From: Alloascoidea hylecoeti
Taxonomy: Eukaryota
Length of the DNA stretch: 64,000 nucleotides
Direction of reading: 5' to 3'
Assembly (NCBI GenBank): GCA_001600815.1
Contig: BCKZ01000002.1
Coordinates: forward strand, 248,001-312,000
Part shown: one piece after another, positions 50,230-62,883 of the stretch
How positions within the stretch are numbered: position 1 is the first letter of the stretch
Layout: each line of letters opens with the position of its first letter
Notes under the pieces: model-generated
The model's input: only the letters and a program-made list of their open reading frames with translations
Told to the model about the DNA's origin: nothing
The model's database searches: none
Position numbers and translations under genes: made by a program

Positions 50230-50680
50230 CTATAGACAAGATTATATGATATTGCTAATGTATGTATGACTGACTTCTTCAAATTTTATTGTTTATATAC
50301 CATATAATTATAAAAACATTCACACTATATACAGATTGTAAACTAATTAGAGTCATAAACACATGAATTTTATTAATGTGCTATGATAATAAGTATTAAA
50401 TATTCCTAGAAAAAGCTCATAAGGGATTCGGGATTCGGGATTATGGCACCCAAACATACTCTGAGTAGAGAACCAATTACATTTCTCTCATTTTAGTTAC
50501 ATGCAGCTATATCAGCTTCTGTGAATTATCGTTGAATAAGAGGCATTCATGAAAAGGTAATGGGGATGCTAATGCACGTATACCTCCGATTGAATCGTGG
50601 CGCTCGTTCCATCCGTCCTCAAATTTAACCGATTCAGCATCAGAAAAAACCATCCCTATCCGATAGTTTATCTTCTCCAT

Positions 50681-53499
50681 TTAATTCCTTGCTATGGCTA
50701 ATTTCCTTGTTGATGCCTTATTTTGTTGTTCGACCATATTTTTACTTCCCTTGTTAACATTTTGTTGTTTCAAATTTTCGGATGAACTATTCCTAACATT
50801 GTTTCCCATCGTATAAGATGAATCAGAGGTAGTAACTGGCAGATTGCTTGCGCTTGATCTCGATTGAGCAGGTACGCTCACACAGGGATTTTTATTTACA
50901 ATATTTTTAATTTCGGATTTGCTTGAATCACCTTTCATCTCACTCTCCAATTTAGTAATATCTATGTTCTCTTCCGCATTATATTGTGCGGCTTTTTCAG
51001 ATGTAAATTTATGCGTATTCATGAGGTCAGTAGGGGTAATCACTTTTTCTTCTAATTGTGCCTTAGTATTGGTAGTAGTTTCATCAGAAGGAAAATCCTC
51101 AGTATCCCGTAACTTACCTTTGCCTTTCGTAACCGGTTCTTCGGATTTTGAAGCTGGATTAGACTTGTATTTGATGCTGTCAACACTAGTTGGATTGGAA
51201 GATGCAAGGGAGCATGATGCACCGTTAACTTTTAGAGAATGATCTATGGCCATGCTCGTTGCAGATCTTGAAGGGTCGGAAATTTCATTATTGGCCTTTT
51301 TAGTAGAATCGTCAAACTTTTGAGTTGACTTGATATCTTTCGATTTATCTTGAGTAACATTAATATTTACTCCTGAGCAGTTATATATGCTTGATGTAGT
51401 GCTTGTAGGAGGAGAAGAATCATCGATTCCATTTTCTTGGGCTGTCTCTTCGATATTTTGCGAGGTAGTTATTGGGAATCCATTAAACACAGGTCGTTCA
51501 GTTGGTGGGGCTTGTTCTTCAGACAGGGAAAATGATTCTAGAGGAATTCTAAAATCAAAATGCTCAGACTCAGCGGCTCCATCTGTAGTTCCGAAACGTA
51601 CATTGTTCATTATTTCAAACGCATGTTGAAGTTCATTTAGAAAAATCTCCAGACCTTCTGTTCCTCTTTCTTCATCCTCATCCTCATCTTCATCGTCGTA
51701 TTCATCTTCGTAATAATTATTCCATACAATCCAATGACTCGCTTCATCATCGTTCCAATATGCTTCATCTCCATCTTCAGAATCGTTAATTGTATAAACG
51801 GAACCATCCTCTGAACCGACTTCATTGACCCCTCGAGATAATATAATCCCACTAGACGCTATATTATCTTCTATCCTTTCCAAAACTATCAATTGCTCTT
51901 TATTGAAATCATGCTCATCAATATCACTGTCATCATCTCCATCTCCGTTATTATGATTATTCAGTCGAGTAAAATCAGCAATATGACCATCAAAGAGTAT
52001 ATCAAGACCTTTATCATCTATATCATTAAAGCGATAATAAATACTTGAAAATCTTTTATCCGTATTTTTCACTTTTTTCAATTCTTTTTCACAAAGATTA
52101 GTAAGATCAGGTCTGTTAATTGATATTTTACCCAATGCGAGAAACCCTTCGGCCTCGTCTATTATAGTTTTTCGAAATGCTGACGTTAGCATCTTATTAT
52201 AAAATTCATCTGGTAGAATAGCCCTTAAAGGTCGAATAGAATGTTTAACAATTGATTCATCTGTCTCTTGTTTTGGGGTAGGAATTTCATCTTTTCTCTC
52301 TCCATTTAAGGACAAGATACAATGTTCAATATAAGGTCCTGCTCGTCTGTAAACAATCGCTAGCAGCTTCAAAACATATCTATCATATTTAAAAATCTGC
52401 TTCCGTGGGGTAGCATCTAAATCTTTAAAACTTTCATCTTCGTCGTCGTATTCACCGTTGTACTTATTGAGACATTGGGCTAATGGATCTTTCTTAATCG
52501 GAGAAACCGTCGAATAGGCATAAATATATAAAAATGTTAATAAACCATAGCTTAAAGAATAATCAATCATCCAGAGATCACTTTCAAATGATTTAAACAA
52601 CAACATGGCTGAACGGCGTATATTACTGCGGATAGTTCTGTAGTGATGAATCGGCTTATATCCCGGTAGTTCTTTTGATGATGAGTTTTCCATATTTAAC
52701 GTAGATTTCATTGGTAAATGAGTCTCTGGATCTAGTACTGGAAAAGGTAAAGAATTTAATGATTCAAACATTCCATCAATTATTGATTCTATGAATTTTA
52801 TATCGGTTATAAAAGTTGTTTGAGATGGAGATAATGTATTGAGTAATAGATGTAATACCCGTAAACCTTTTTCTCTTTCTTTCTCATCTTTTCCCGACAC
52901 CTTAGATAAGACATATTTAATAAATGACTTGGAGGTCACCACTTTTTTACATAAAACTTTAAGTGATCTAATTTTTTGAAAGAAAAGGTTAGTTTGAGCA
53001 CTGAGTGTTAAAAAAATTGAAGGAGATAGGAAAATACATACAAATCTTTTAGACCTGAATCGGTAGTGGAATGGAAACTTAACAAAGAATCATATGGTAT
53101 ATCTTTAACACCAAATTTTGAATCTTTCTTCTTTGGTTTATCTTTCATTATTGTGAAATCTTCAGTTGGATTTACCAACATGTCTTCATTATATTTGTTC
53201 ACTATAACCTGAAATAGTTGTTGACTTTCTTGGCCCCATTCATCAGTGTCTGCATAATATCCAAAGGAACTAGCGTTTTTACCATTTGTAGTATTCGTTG
53301 CAGATTTCTTGTTTTCATGCTTCTTCCTGATTTCTTTCAATTTGGATCTTACTATCATGAATGCTTTATCTCTAGAGTACTCCTTTTCCTCAACATCCAC
53401 ATCCCAGGATACAACTTGCCAGAATGAAAAGGTGACCGAAGCTACCAACAGCGAGCACGTTAAGGCCGCTGTTCCGATATCTTTCCAGGGCATGGACAT
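50681..53499 (-). CDS. Uncharacterised signal-anchored protein with helical (armadillo-like?) core and acidic disordered tail; intron 53041-52968
   Basis: A GTATGT..ACTAAC..TAG intron joins the 163-aa and 753-aa ORFs in frame. N-terminal hydrophobic segment AALTCSLLVASVTFSFW. Confidence 0.75.
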
Positions 53500-53854
53500 A
53501 ACGTTTACTGAAACAAACCGTTTGGCGGATGAGTGAATAACAAGGAGGTCCGGCTAATTGGGGCACAGCCATACACCCATTTTAAATTTCGTTATAATTA
53601 TTTACGATTTTTTTTAATTTTTCAATTTTTTCAATTTTTTATTAAAAACCCTTTACACACAATCTTATCTCTAAAAGTTAATCATAATATATAGGTATAG
53701 ATAATAATTAATATAATACTGTACACACAACAATTTAAACATTTATAAACCCGATCGCGAGTGATTATAAGAAAAATGTAATTAAATCTCCTTTGTGTTG
53801 GACACTACAAGTCAAGATGAATCAAGAACGGCAATGCAGTAATAATAAAGCAAC

Positions 53855-55045
53855 TTAAACAAGTTGAGAAGCAATGTCTGCTGGCATCTCATCAATTTGG
53901 GTAGAGTAAAACTTCTCAAGTTCTCTCATAGCGGCAGAGTCTTCATCGGTGACAAAGTTGATGGCAACACCCTTTCTACCAAAACGACCACCACGACCAA
54001 TACGATGAATATAGTTCTCCTTGTTAGATGGTAAATCAAAGTTAATAACAAGCGAAACTTGCTGGACATCAATACCACGAGCTAACAAATCGGTGGAGAT
54101 CAAGATACGGGAAGAGCCTGATCGGAATGCCTTCATAATGACATCACGGTCCTTTTGGGTCAAATCGGCGTGGATAGAAGAGCATGTGAAGTCCCTTTCG
54201 GTGAGCTTCTCGGTCAACCATTCAACCTTTCTTCTGGTGTTGCAGAAAATAACGGCCTGTGTAACGGCGATGGTCTCGTATAAATCACACAAACATTCAA
54301 ATTTGTAGTCTTCTCGCTCAACGTTAACATAAAATTGTTTGATACCTTCTAAGGTTAATTCGTCCTTCTTAACCAAAATGTTGACAGCATCACGCATAAA
54401 TTTTGTTGTGACATCTAAAACTTCTTTTGGCATAGTGGCAGAGAGCAAAACGACTTGAGTGCTTTCTGGCAAGAGACGGAAAATGTTGTAAATTTGTTCC
54501 TTGAAACCAGTAGACAACATCTCATCAGCTTCATCAAGAATAAACATCTTGATCTTATCGGTTTTCAAAAATCGTCTTTCAATCATATCAAAGACACGGC
54601 CTGGGGTACCAACAACGATTTGAGCACCGCTCTTGAAGGCTTCAATATCTTCTCTAACCGAAGTACCACCAATGGAGGCATGGACAACAACATCAAGGTA
54701 AGTGCCAATAGACATAACAACCTTTTGAATTTGGAGGGCCAATTCTCTTGTTGGTGCCAAAATCAAAGCTTGAGTTGCCTTATCTGAGGCATCAATACGC
54801 TCTAAAGCGGAAATGGCAAATGTAGCAGTTTTACCTGTACCAGATTGTGCTTGAGCTAAGACATCTCTGGTTTCAATGATTGGCAAAATAGCTCTTTGCT
54901 GAATGGCGGATGGTTTGGTGAAACCGTGACCATAAACACCTCTAAGGATTTCTGGCTTGAGCTTGAGGTCCTCAAAGTTGTAGATAACCTCATCGTAATT
55001 GGTTTCAATTGTTTTAGTGTCGACTTCTTGAGCTGGTTCAGACAT
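53855..55045 (-). CDS. TIF1: Translation initiation factor eIF4A (DEAD-box helicase)
   Basis: [30 protein letters not shown] and [13 protein letters not shown] motifs, with strong codon bias. Confidence 0.97.
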   Translation of the reverse strand: MSEPAQEVDTKTIETNYDEVIYNFEDLKLKPEILRGVYGHGFTKPSAIQQRAILPIIETRDVLAQAQSGTGKTATFAISALERIDASDKATQALILAPTRELALQIQKVVMSIGTYLDVVVHASIGGTSVREDIEAFKSGAQIVVGTPGRVFDMIERRFLKTDKIKMFILDEADEMLSTGFKEQIYNIFRLLPESTQVVLLSATMPKEVLDVTTKFMRDAVNILVKKDELTLEGIKQFYVNVEREDYKFECLCDLYETIAVTQAVIFCNTRRKVEWLTEKLTERDFTCSSIHADLTQKDRDVIMKAFRSGSSRILISTDLLARGIDVQQVSLVINFDLPSNKENYIHRIGRGGRFGRKGVAINFVTDEDSAAMRELEKFYSTQIDEMPADIASQLV

Positions 55046-55529
55046 GGTGAATGTATTTGATAATCAAATGTATTTGAAAAGAAAAGGGGAAAATTTGCTT
55101 TTAAATAAATTTCTGTTTAGGCTGAAAAGTTTTTTTTATCTATTTTACGCTATCGTACTGAAAAATACGGCAATCCGTTACTTTTTTAAACCTTATATAG
55201 ACGTCATGTACGAATCCATATCCGGCATATAATGTAACAGTGTCATTAGCAATTGATCTTCATAGAAAACTAAAGCCACGGATTATAAGTTAAAACTGGA
55301 AGAGTTACTAATTTTGAAAAGTGATATCGATAGCATAACTGTTAATCTCAACATGCATAAAGGTATACCGTCGTATATTGGAACGTTGTGGTGCTTATAA
55401 TTAGCTAGATATAGTAATTAAAAGCTACTCATGTGATATGTCAATAATGTGACTTCGGTTAATATTAAGTATTATTAACACTTTAAGTTGAATTAATACC
55501 CCAATTAATATATAGGGTATGCTCCATAA

Positions 55530-56618
55530 CATCCGATAAGTTCAAGAAATCATCTCGAACATTTCCTGGCTTGTGGGGCTTAAAATACCCAATTTTTACC
55601 CAAAATGGCCAAAACTTAGAACTTGGAGGCTCAAATTACAGAAGACGCTACTACAGTGTCTACACGCTCTGCTATTCCGTGAGAAAAAAAGTACGCATCA
55701 CAAGAGATCGTGGATTAAGTGTAGCTACACTAAGAAGCCGGATAAATTGTTTCGATAGACATCAGCAACCAGTTGAAACAGGAACAAGCCCAACAGTAGC
55801 AACAATTTTAAAATATCCACGAACCGGAATTCGATGGGTGATTTTATGCCCTTAGGAATTGACATCCTGAGATCAAATATAAATGAAAACTTACTGGATG
55901 TCTACAGATTTTTTACTTCCAGGGGAGAAGAGGTGTCATATTGTAATTACTGGTTAGAGTTGTTACTCAACAGATATCACTATATTAGAATATATTAGAA
56001 TATCGAAGGAACATCTGGAACACAGATGAAACAGTATGTAATGGTTGTTGAGTAGGTGAGCTGGTTAAGGTGTTAATACCAACTACGGACAAAAAGATGT
56101 CTTAATCGGTGCTATAACAGTAGTGTGAAGGCTGCTTTCAAGAAATATAACTTAGATGATCTATGTTGGACTTACCATAAATTTTGTTCCCGGGAACCTG
56201 ACTTCTTGGGACTATATGATAAGCCTTCAAACGAGAAATTTACAAAAACAGAACTGGTGGACTCACAAAAAAAAAAAAACAGTTCTACCTACTTTTCAAT
56301 CCAGAAGAAGTCTTAAAGAACTTTGGTACGGAAACCCCGACTGATAAACAAAATGGGAAGTAGCTGGCCAATTTGGCGGAGAATTATTCTATATCTGACG
56401 AGAAGGCTGCTCATCTGCTGCATATGTTTGAGTTCTATTGGCGCTACGTCATAGATATTCGAGAGCCACACAAAACACTCAACCCATTGGGAAACTTGAA
56501 AGGACCGTCTTCTAGAATTGATGCAGGTAGCTTGACATGATATTCTTAGCATTGATGAAACCATAGAAATGGGGAACATGCTTCTATCTTGACGACGTAT
56601 TCCACCTGCTGAACCGTA
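55530..56618 (+). repeat. Decayed coding-derived repeat, family A, copy 2 (longest)
   Basis: Homologous to 26130-26975 and 33880-34310. Broken plus-strand reading frame ending ..RRIPPAEP*. Confidence 0.85.
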
Positions 56619-57444
56619 ACAAGCGCCTATACAAGATTTAAAAGAGACTGACAGATTCCCTGTGACCTCTACTAAGATGAGTACCTTTTATATAGGTGAA
56701 CTGTTAAAATTTTAATGTTTAGTTTATGTATTGCTTGTGCTTACGGCGCGACGATTAACGTTGTTACAGACCCAATAAGCTATAAATCAGCTTTAAGATT
56801 GATTAATTTTTTGTTAGTCTACAACTGGTTGATGTTTTAACCCGGATTTTTTTCGATATTCAATTAAAGTCGATATATAAATGACAGATTAGGAATGTAT
56901 AGTTATAAACCTATTTGATGCTAACTAAAGGATGTTAAAGAGACTAAACTTCTAGAGCCTGTATAATACATTGTAATTAACCAAATATTGCGTTAATTAA
57001 CAAGTTCACATTACGTGAATAGATTGGTAGTTGAAGCCTTCTGTATGGAATTACTTTAACTTCAAGCAATATAATCGACCACTGAATGACAGATAGGATC
57101 AGATGATTACATATCTTTAAATTATTTTTGAATTATAAATTAAGTGTTATGTGTCACTATTTAGAGACTTATAACAACAGGGTAACAATACAATGACCTC
57201 TGACTTCAAGCTAATATTTTGGTAGGCTAAATTTAGACCTCACTTTATTATTCAATAGAATTATTGAGCTTAAAAATCACAAATGTTATAATTAGGAATT
57301 AATAAAAAAGTATAAAATCAAACACAAAAGTGATGATATATATGATAAAAAAATAAAATAAAAGAACTCCATTACGCAATCGTTTGTTATGACTTCATTT
57401 TTCACTTCTATGAAGTATCTCCAATTCTCATATCCAAAATTTAT

Positions 57445-58227
57445 TTATAGAATTAAACAACCTTTCTTCTTTTTCTTTGGTTTACTTGGGTCAAACCTTT
57501 TCAATTTTGACTTTTTAGAATCACTATTAGATTCCTTTTGATTACCACTTGGTTTTGAAGAATGTAAATGAACTTTTGCAGGTTGTCCAGCATTTCCATA
57601 ACCATAAGCCTTATTGCTAGTAGTGCTTGTTGTTTGAGTATATGAAGATGGATCCAGTGCAATATCAATTGCATTGTCAAAAACTTCGTCAATTCTATCC
57701 ATTTTCAGTGCTGAACATTCAATATATTGTATAGCCCCTATTCTTTTTGCGACATCTAAAGCCTCTTCATTCGTAACGAACCTCTTTACCTGTCCTCCTG
57801 TTGCTTGTTCTGTTGTCGATCGTAAATCGGATTTCAAGCCAACCAGTATGAGAGGCACACCGGGGCAAAATAAAGAAACCTCCGGAACCCAATTATCAAC
57901 AATATTTTCTAAAGAAATTCCATTATTTATAGCAAAACATAAGAGAAGAACGTCTGTATCTGGGTATGATAAGGGTCTTAATCTATCGTATTCTTCTTGT
58001 CCAGCAGTATCCCAAAGCGCTAGTTCCAAGAACTTTCCGTTTGGCGTTTTTATTGGCGTGACATAGTTTTCAAAAACCGTGGGTACATAAAGATCTGGAA
58101 AGGTTCCCTGTGAATATGATAGTAATAAACAGGTTTTCCCACAACCACCATCACCTACCACCACCAGCTTTACATTATCGAGAGATCCTTTGGTCTGTTC
58201 GTAAGTGCATAGTTGATATTTTGGCAT
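57445..58227 (-). CDS. RHO4: Rho-family GTPase Rho4
   Basis: [47 protein letters not shown], polybasic tail and CLIL CAAX box. Confidence 0.9.
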   Translation of the reverse strand: MPKYQLCTYEQTKGSLDNVKLVVVGDGGCGKTCLLLSYSQGTFPDLYVPTVFENYVTPIKTPNGKFLELALWDTAGQEEYDRLRPLSYPDTDVLLLCFAINNGISLENIVDNWVPEVSLFCPGVPLILVGLKSDLRSTTEQATGGQVKRFVTNEEALDVAKRIGAIQYIECSALKMDRIDEVFDNAIDIALDPSSYTQTTSTTSNKAYGYGNAGQPAKVHLHSSKPSGNQKESNSDSKKSKLKRFDPSKPKKKKKGCLIL

Positions 58228-58507
58228 GTCAAGTAGGAATTAAGAAAGGTAAGAAAGGTAAGAAAGTTAAGAAAATTAAAAAAATTAAATCGGATTCAAA
58301 TTAATAGAAACAGAAGGAATATTACAAACAAAATGTTTAAGTATCAATCTACAGCCAGTATGTTTTGTTTTACTTTGGGAACGAATGCCTCCAAACACCC
58401 GCAGTTGTATTTTTAAATAGATCCGGAACGATCATTTTAATTTTAAAATAAAGGCTGTGATATGGCTACAACATATCTAGAACTTGGAATTAACTGTTCT
58501 GTTTTTT

Positions 58508-59049
58508 CTACACGATATACCATTGCACCTCTTCAATCGAAACTTCACATCCACCGTTCTCATCATAATCATACCATGCTCCGCTTTCGAATTCAATGTC
58601 ACTGAACTTCGTTCTGCTTTCCGTGCTTTGACAAGTAAATGGCCCATTGGATTCGAATTTTAATGGGGTCAAACCTCTACATTCAAATTGTATCACTAAT
58701 TTTTTGTCATTGGGAGTTAAGGACTCGCTGACTAAAATAGGCTCTTTTGGATTCATTGTAATGTTTGATTCTCGATTACAAAACCGGCATCGCATTATAA
58801 ATGAGGCACTACCACGACTTTTGGGGAGATCATGTATTTCAAATCGGTTAAATGATATTTTCTTATCGTGAGTTTCATGGCATGAATTACATCTGTATTT
58901 ACATGTTATTAGAAAGAGTCGTACAAGAACTTATAATTTTAGATAACTTACTGTACTGTAAAAGTATATTCAAACGGTTGCTCGATAGTATCAAGAGGCC
59001 CAAAGGCAGTGACATTTGTCAACTCACAGGAAACATATAATCCAAACAT
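58508..59049 (-). CDS. DUF866 / CXXC zinc-binding protein (CZIB, YCR090C-like); one intron at about 58951-58893
   Basis: Spliced YTFTVQCNSCHETH..SRGSASFIMRCRFCNRE..FECRGL..WYDYDE. Confidence 0.9.
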
Positions 59050-59115
59050 TTTATTTCTAGCCAGCTGTTTAACTCAAGATCAGTGTTACTACCACTGTTG
59101 GTTATTTTTCAATAG

Positions 59116-59123
59116 CCGGGTAA
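59116..59123 (-). promoter_or_regulatory. Reb1-type site (CCGGGTAA) in the divergent DUF866/SDR promoter
   Basis: Exact motif. Confidence 0.5.
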
Positions 59124-59416
59124 TTTCGTGATTCTTGTGTGGTGTATCGTACCAATTACTTTGTCTTCGTATAGGCCCATTTATTTAGTCCTTTCTTTAC
59201 CGGGCAATAAATACTGAATTAAAGATTAGTAATATTAAATTATTAATACATATCAATGTGAATAATATTATATCAGAGATTCTAATCTAGATCTTGTATT
59301 TTGTGCCATACCTCCTTACTTTTATTGTGCATCGATACTTTGTGAGATTTAATTGATTTTTCTAGAAAGAACCTCCTCATTCCCTAAAATACCGATCGAA
59401 ATCCAATATTCATAAA

Positions 59417-60497
59417 ATGCCATCATTATCTAGTATCATTGAACAAAATGCAAAAGCAGGACCTCAGTTGAAGAATTTGGTTGCTGTTTTTGTTGGTGCC
59501 ACCAGCGGGATCGGTGAGCATACGGCTTACAAATTCGCCCGGTATACTAAATCTCCTACCATTTATATTGTTGGAAGGAACAAAGAGGCTGGTGCAAAGG
59601 TACTTGAGAATCTGAGAAAGTTAAATAATGATGCGGATTCCAAATACTATTTTTATAGCCATGACCTAACTTTGATTGCCGAAGCGGAAAAACTAAGCCA
59701 AACTGTTTTGAAACAAGAAAAAAAGATTAATGTTTTATTCCTATCCCCTGGATATCTAGCAATGGATTCTAGAAATGAAAGTACTGAAGGAATCGATAAA
59801 AAGATGGCTGTTAATTATTATGCTCGTTGGAAGATCATTGATGAGTTAGTACCTTTGGTGGAGAAAGCTGCCGATTCGGGCGAATTGTCAAGGGTTATTT
59901 CCGTTTTGGAGGCAGGAAATGAAGGGTTTACCCATCCAGAGGATCTTGGGTTAAAGAAAAGTAAGTGTCCTTAAATCTATACCTATGCATCATGTTATTG
60001 ATCCTCATCAATATTAGATAAGTTTACTAACGGTTATGATTAGATTTTTCTTTAACCAACTGTAACAGACACATTATTACATTAACATCATGTGCGGTTT
60101 TGGTGAGTATTTTTATATATATTTGATACCTAAACATATACTAACTATAAAGTAGAACTTTGCCAAAAGATATCCAAAGATATCATTTGTTCATGCATAT
60201 CCTGGCTTGGTAAATACTGGTATTTTACGTCAATTTCCCTGGTACATAAGATACCCATTATCTGGTGTGACTAAATTTATGGGGACTCCAGGCGAAGATA
60301 GTGGAGAGAAATTCTTTTATTTATCTGCTTCGAGCAAAGAATTTGCAACAGGTGGACATTTAGTTAATGCTACTTGTGATTCCATTCTTGAAAAATCTAA
60401 GAAACGCGGTGACTGGTGGAGCGACGAAAGTCAGAAAATGGTGTGGGAGCATACCTTAGAACAGTTTAAACAAGCTTCGATTAGCCAAACGAAGTAA
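59417..60497 (+). CDS. Short-chain dehydrogenase/reductase; 3 exons
   Basis: VAVFVGATSGIG, IYIVGRN, TEGIDKKMAVNYYAR and ISFVHAYPGLVNT motifs. GTAAGT and GTGAGT introns. Confidence 0.9.
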
Positions 60498-61401
60498 GAT
60501 CTAAGATCTGGTATAACAAGAAGATTAGCTTTGTAAAGATGGATTTAAATTTAAATACGGGCAGGAATTAATGTCAGGGCTCGCGTTCTGGGTATCATTT
60601 GGACATCGCTTTTTTTTATTACATTAGATTCTGAAAGTATAATTAAATCGAGTTGATTAGTTTAACAATTGCTATCTCCTAATATTAAGTCCGATTAATA
60701 GAACTCAAACATATTTCAGTTATATTTCTATTTTATAAAACATTCAATGATAATTTAATATAGGCATTAGGTAGTAATGATTCCATTACACAATGTATCC
60801 CTCGATTACAACTATTTTGTACGCGTCTAAAAGTTTGGCAAAATTGGCAACTCCTTAACTTATAAATTTATAAACTTTATGTATGAAGCAGATTTAATTA
60901 ACAAAACAAGTAGTACCTTCTAAAATTTTATCTCGATTTTTTTAGTTGAATTTTCTAGTATGAGAACATTTAAGAAATCAAATAAATCAAATTAGAATAT
61001 CTCATTATTACTGATTGGTATCATCGATTTCATTATATGCATATATATAAATAGATTAAGGTCTTCGTATATGCGGGAAGTGAGCTATATTACCAATTAG
61101 AGCCATCTGTTATTTAAATTATGCCGAATTGGGGCGTAATATTCCTGCAGGAGTACGCGCGTATATGTGCCCTATTGCAAAATCAAACTCCAGCTAAATT
61201 TTCAACGTAAAAATAAACAAACTAGTTTCTCTCTCAACATCTGCTTCAGATAGATCTGGATCGCACCTTATCTTTCATTCCCTTTCTTTAATATTTCACT
61301 TTTATCGAAATCCAGGCTTATTTCGGCTCAAATTTACATTTTTAGCTCTCTTCTTTCGTTACTTTTTCTGTCGAGGACCTTTTAATCATTTCAACGTTAG
61401 A

Positions 61402-62883
61402 ATGTATTTCTCTTTAATACCAAGGTCAAGTTCGGATGATAATTCGAACGACAAATGCTCTAAAAGCTCGGGGTCTTCATGTCAGAAGCCTATGACTACT
61501 ACTGGTCTTGCAGTTGGTCTTGCAGTTGGTGTACCAATTGGGGCTATCCTCATTTCCCTTTTTATCGTTTGGTACTACAGTTATAAGAAAAACAAGAAAG
61601 AAGAAGAAGACTTTCTAGATTTCGATAATGAAGATACAATATTACCCGAGACCTATATGGATATAAAACCGTCAACTAATGATGCTTACAGAAATAGTGG
61701 TGTTCGCGATCGAAATTTTGACTCCGACTCTAACACTAGGACAGACAAGGCTCGAGGATCAAAGTTTTCTGATTCAAATCGATTAGCAGATGTTTATTAT
61801 GATTCTCCATTTATTGTCCCTCCTTATATTTCTTCCTCGATGTCAGATCTTGATAATTATTCAAGAAACTTAATGCCCGATAATGCAAGTCTTTACAACC
61901 TGCCAATATCTAACAGCGCTGAATCAATAACACCTTCTTTTGATCAAAGAAGTATGATCAACACTAGAGATTACGCAAGAAGCGTCACTGATCGTAATGA
62001 TTTGAGGGAAAAAACGGACATCGATCTATTGGGTAGAGATACTCGAATGAACTCAAACAATTCAAAATCTTCATTCCCACCACCGGTAGTTGCAAGACCT
62101 TTTCCTGCAAGGACAAGGAATGGGAGCAACACATATTTTTCTCAATATTCAACAAGAAGCTCTAATTCAACTTTTCCAATAGATGAAGAAGTGCCTCCTC
62201 GTAATTCTAATAGGGTTGAATTACTTATAGATAACAATGCAGTTATAGGTGATTATGAGGCTGATGCTGGTCATGGTGTTTACGTCGGGGATGATAATAG
62301 TGCTGGATCTATATCGATATCTTCTTTAACAACTACTGATAATGATTCTATTGAAGTGCAAAACATTGAGAAGGGCTCTCGTGCATTCTCACCTGAACGA
62401 TTTCAGCATAATAAAGGAAAAGAAATAAGGACTCCTAGTATTGCTGAAAGTTCATATCTCAACGAAACTAATGAACTTGAAAGAACTAATTCGTATGAAA
62501 ATAACGATGAAGAAATTAAATTCAGTGCTGTCGTATTACAGAATATGGAAAGCCATAGTTCACTCTCGTTTTCTCAAGGCAGAGGTAGTGATGATGTTAG
62601 TATTAACGAAAGAGAAATAAATAAAAATAGTGTTCTTCAGGTTGTTAATTATATTTCTGAAGATGATTCATCAAAAGAAAAAGGCAATGAAAATGAAAAT
62701 GAAAATATCTCCACAGATAGTGAATCAGAAGTTGGTTATTATGGACTCGATGAGGGAGGTCAGGCAACAGCAGATCGTATGATTTCAATATATAGGGGTT
62801 ATATGAACAATGGTACGATGATAAGAAAAGATACAGGAACGGAGAATTCGAATAGGGAATCAGTTGCAGAAGAAATACTATGA
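61402..62883 (+). CDS. Skg6/Tos2-like single-pass membrane protein, apparently C-terminally truncated
   Basis: C-x8-CQKP followed by TM segment LAVGLAVGVPIGAILISLFIVWY, basic KKNKKE, SPFIVP and DRMISIYRGY motifs. Confidence 0.65.
   Translation: MYFSLIPRSSSDDNSNDKCSKSSGSSCQKPMTTTGLAVGLAVGVPIGAILISLFIVWYYSYKKNKKEEEDFLDFDNEDTILPETYMDIKPSTNDAYRNSGVRDRNFDSDSNTRTDKARGSKFSDSNRLADVYYDSPFIVPPYISSSMSDLDNYSRNLMPDNASLYNLPISNSAESITPSFDQRSMINTRDYARSVTDRNDLREKTDIDLLGRDTRMNSNNSKSSFPPPVVARPFPARTRNGSNTYFSQYSTRSSNSTFPIDEEVPPRNSNRVELLIDNNAVIGDYEADAGHGVYVGDDNSAGSISISSLTTTDNDSIEVQNIEKGSRAFSPERFQHNKGKEIRTPSIAESSYLNETNELERTNSYENNDEEIKFSAVVLQNMESHSSLSFSQGRGSDDVSINEREINKNSVLQVVNYISEDDSSKEKGNENENENISTDSESEVGYYGLDEGGQATADRMISIYRGYMNNGTMIRKDTGTENSNRESVAEEIL

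Noticed and set aside
58244..58285. (aagaaaggt)n-like repeat upstream of RHO4
   Set aside because: A pyrimidine-rich 5' leader on the coding strand; low-complexity only.
61503..61530. 12-nt duplication tggtcttgcagt
   Set aside because: An in-frame GLAV duplication in the TM segment of the SKG6-like gene, consistent with ordinary slippage.
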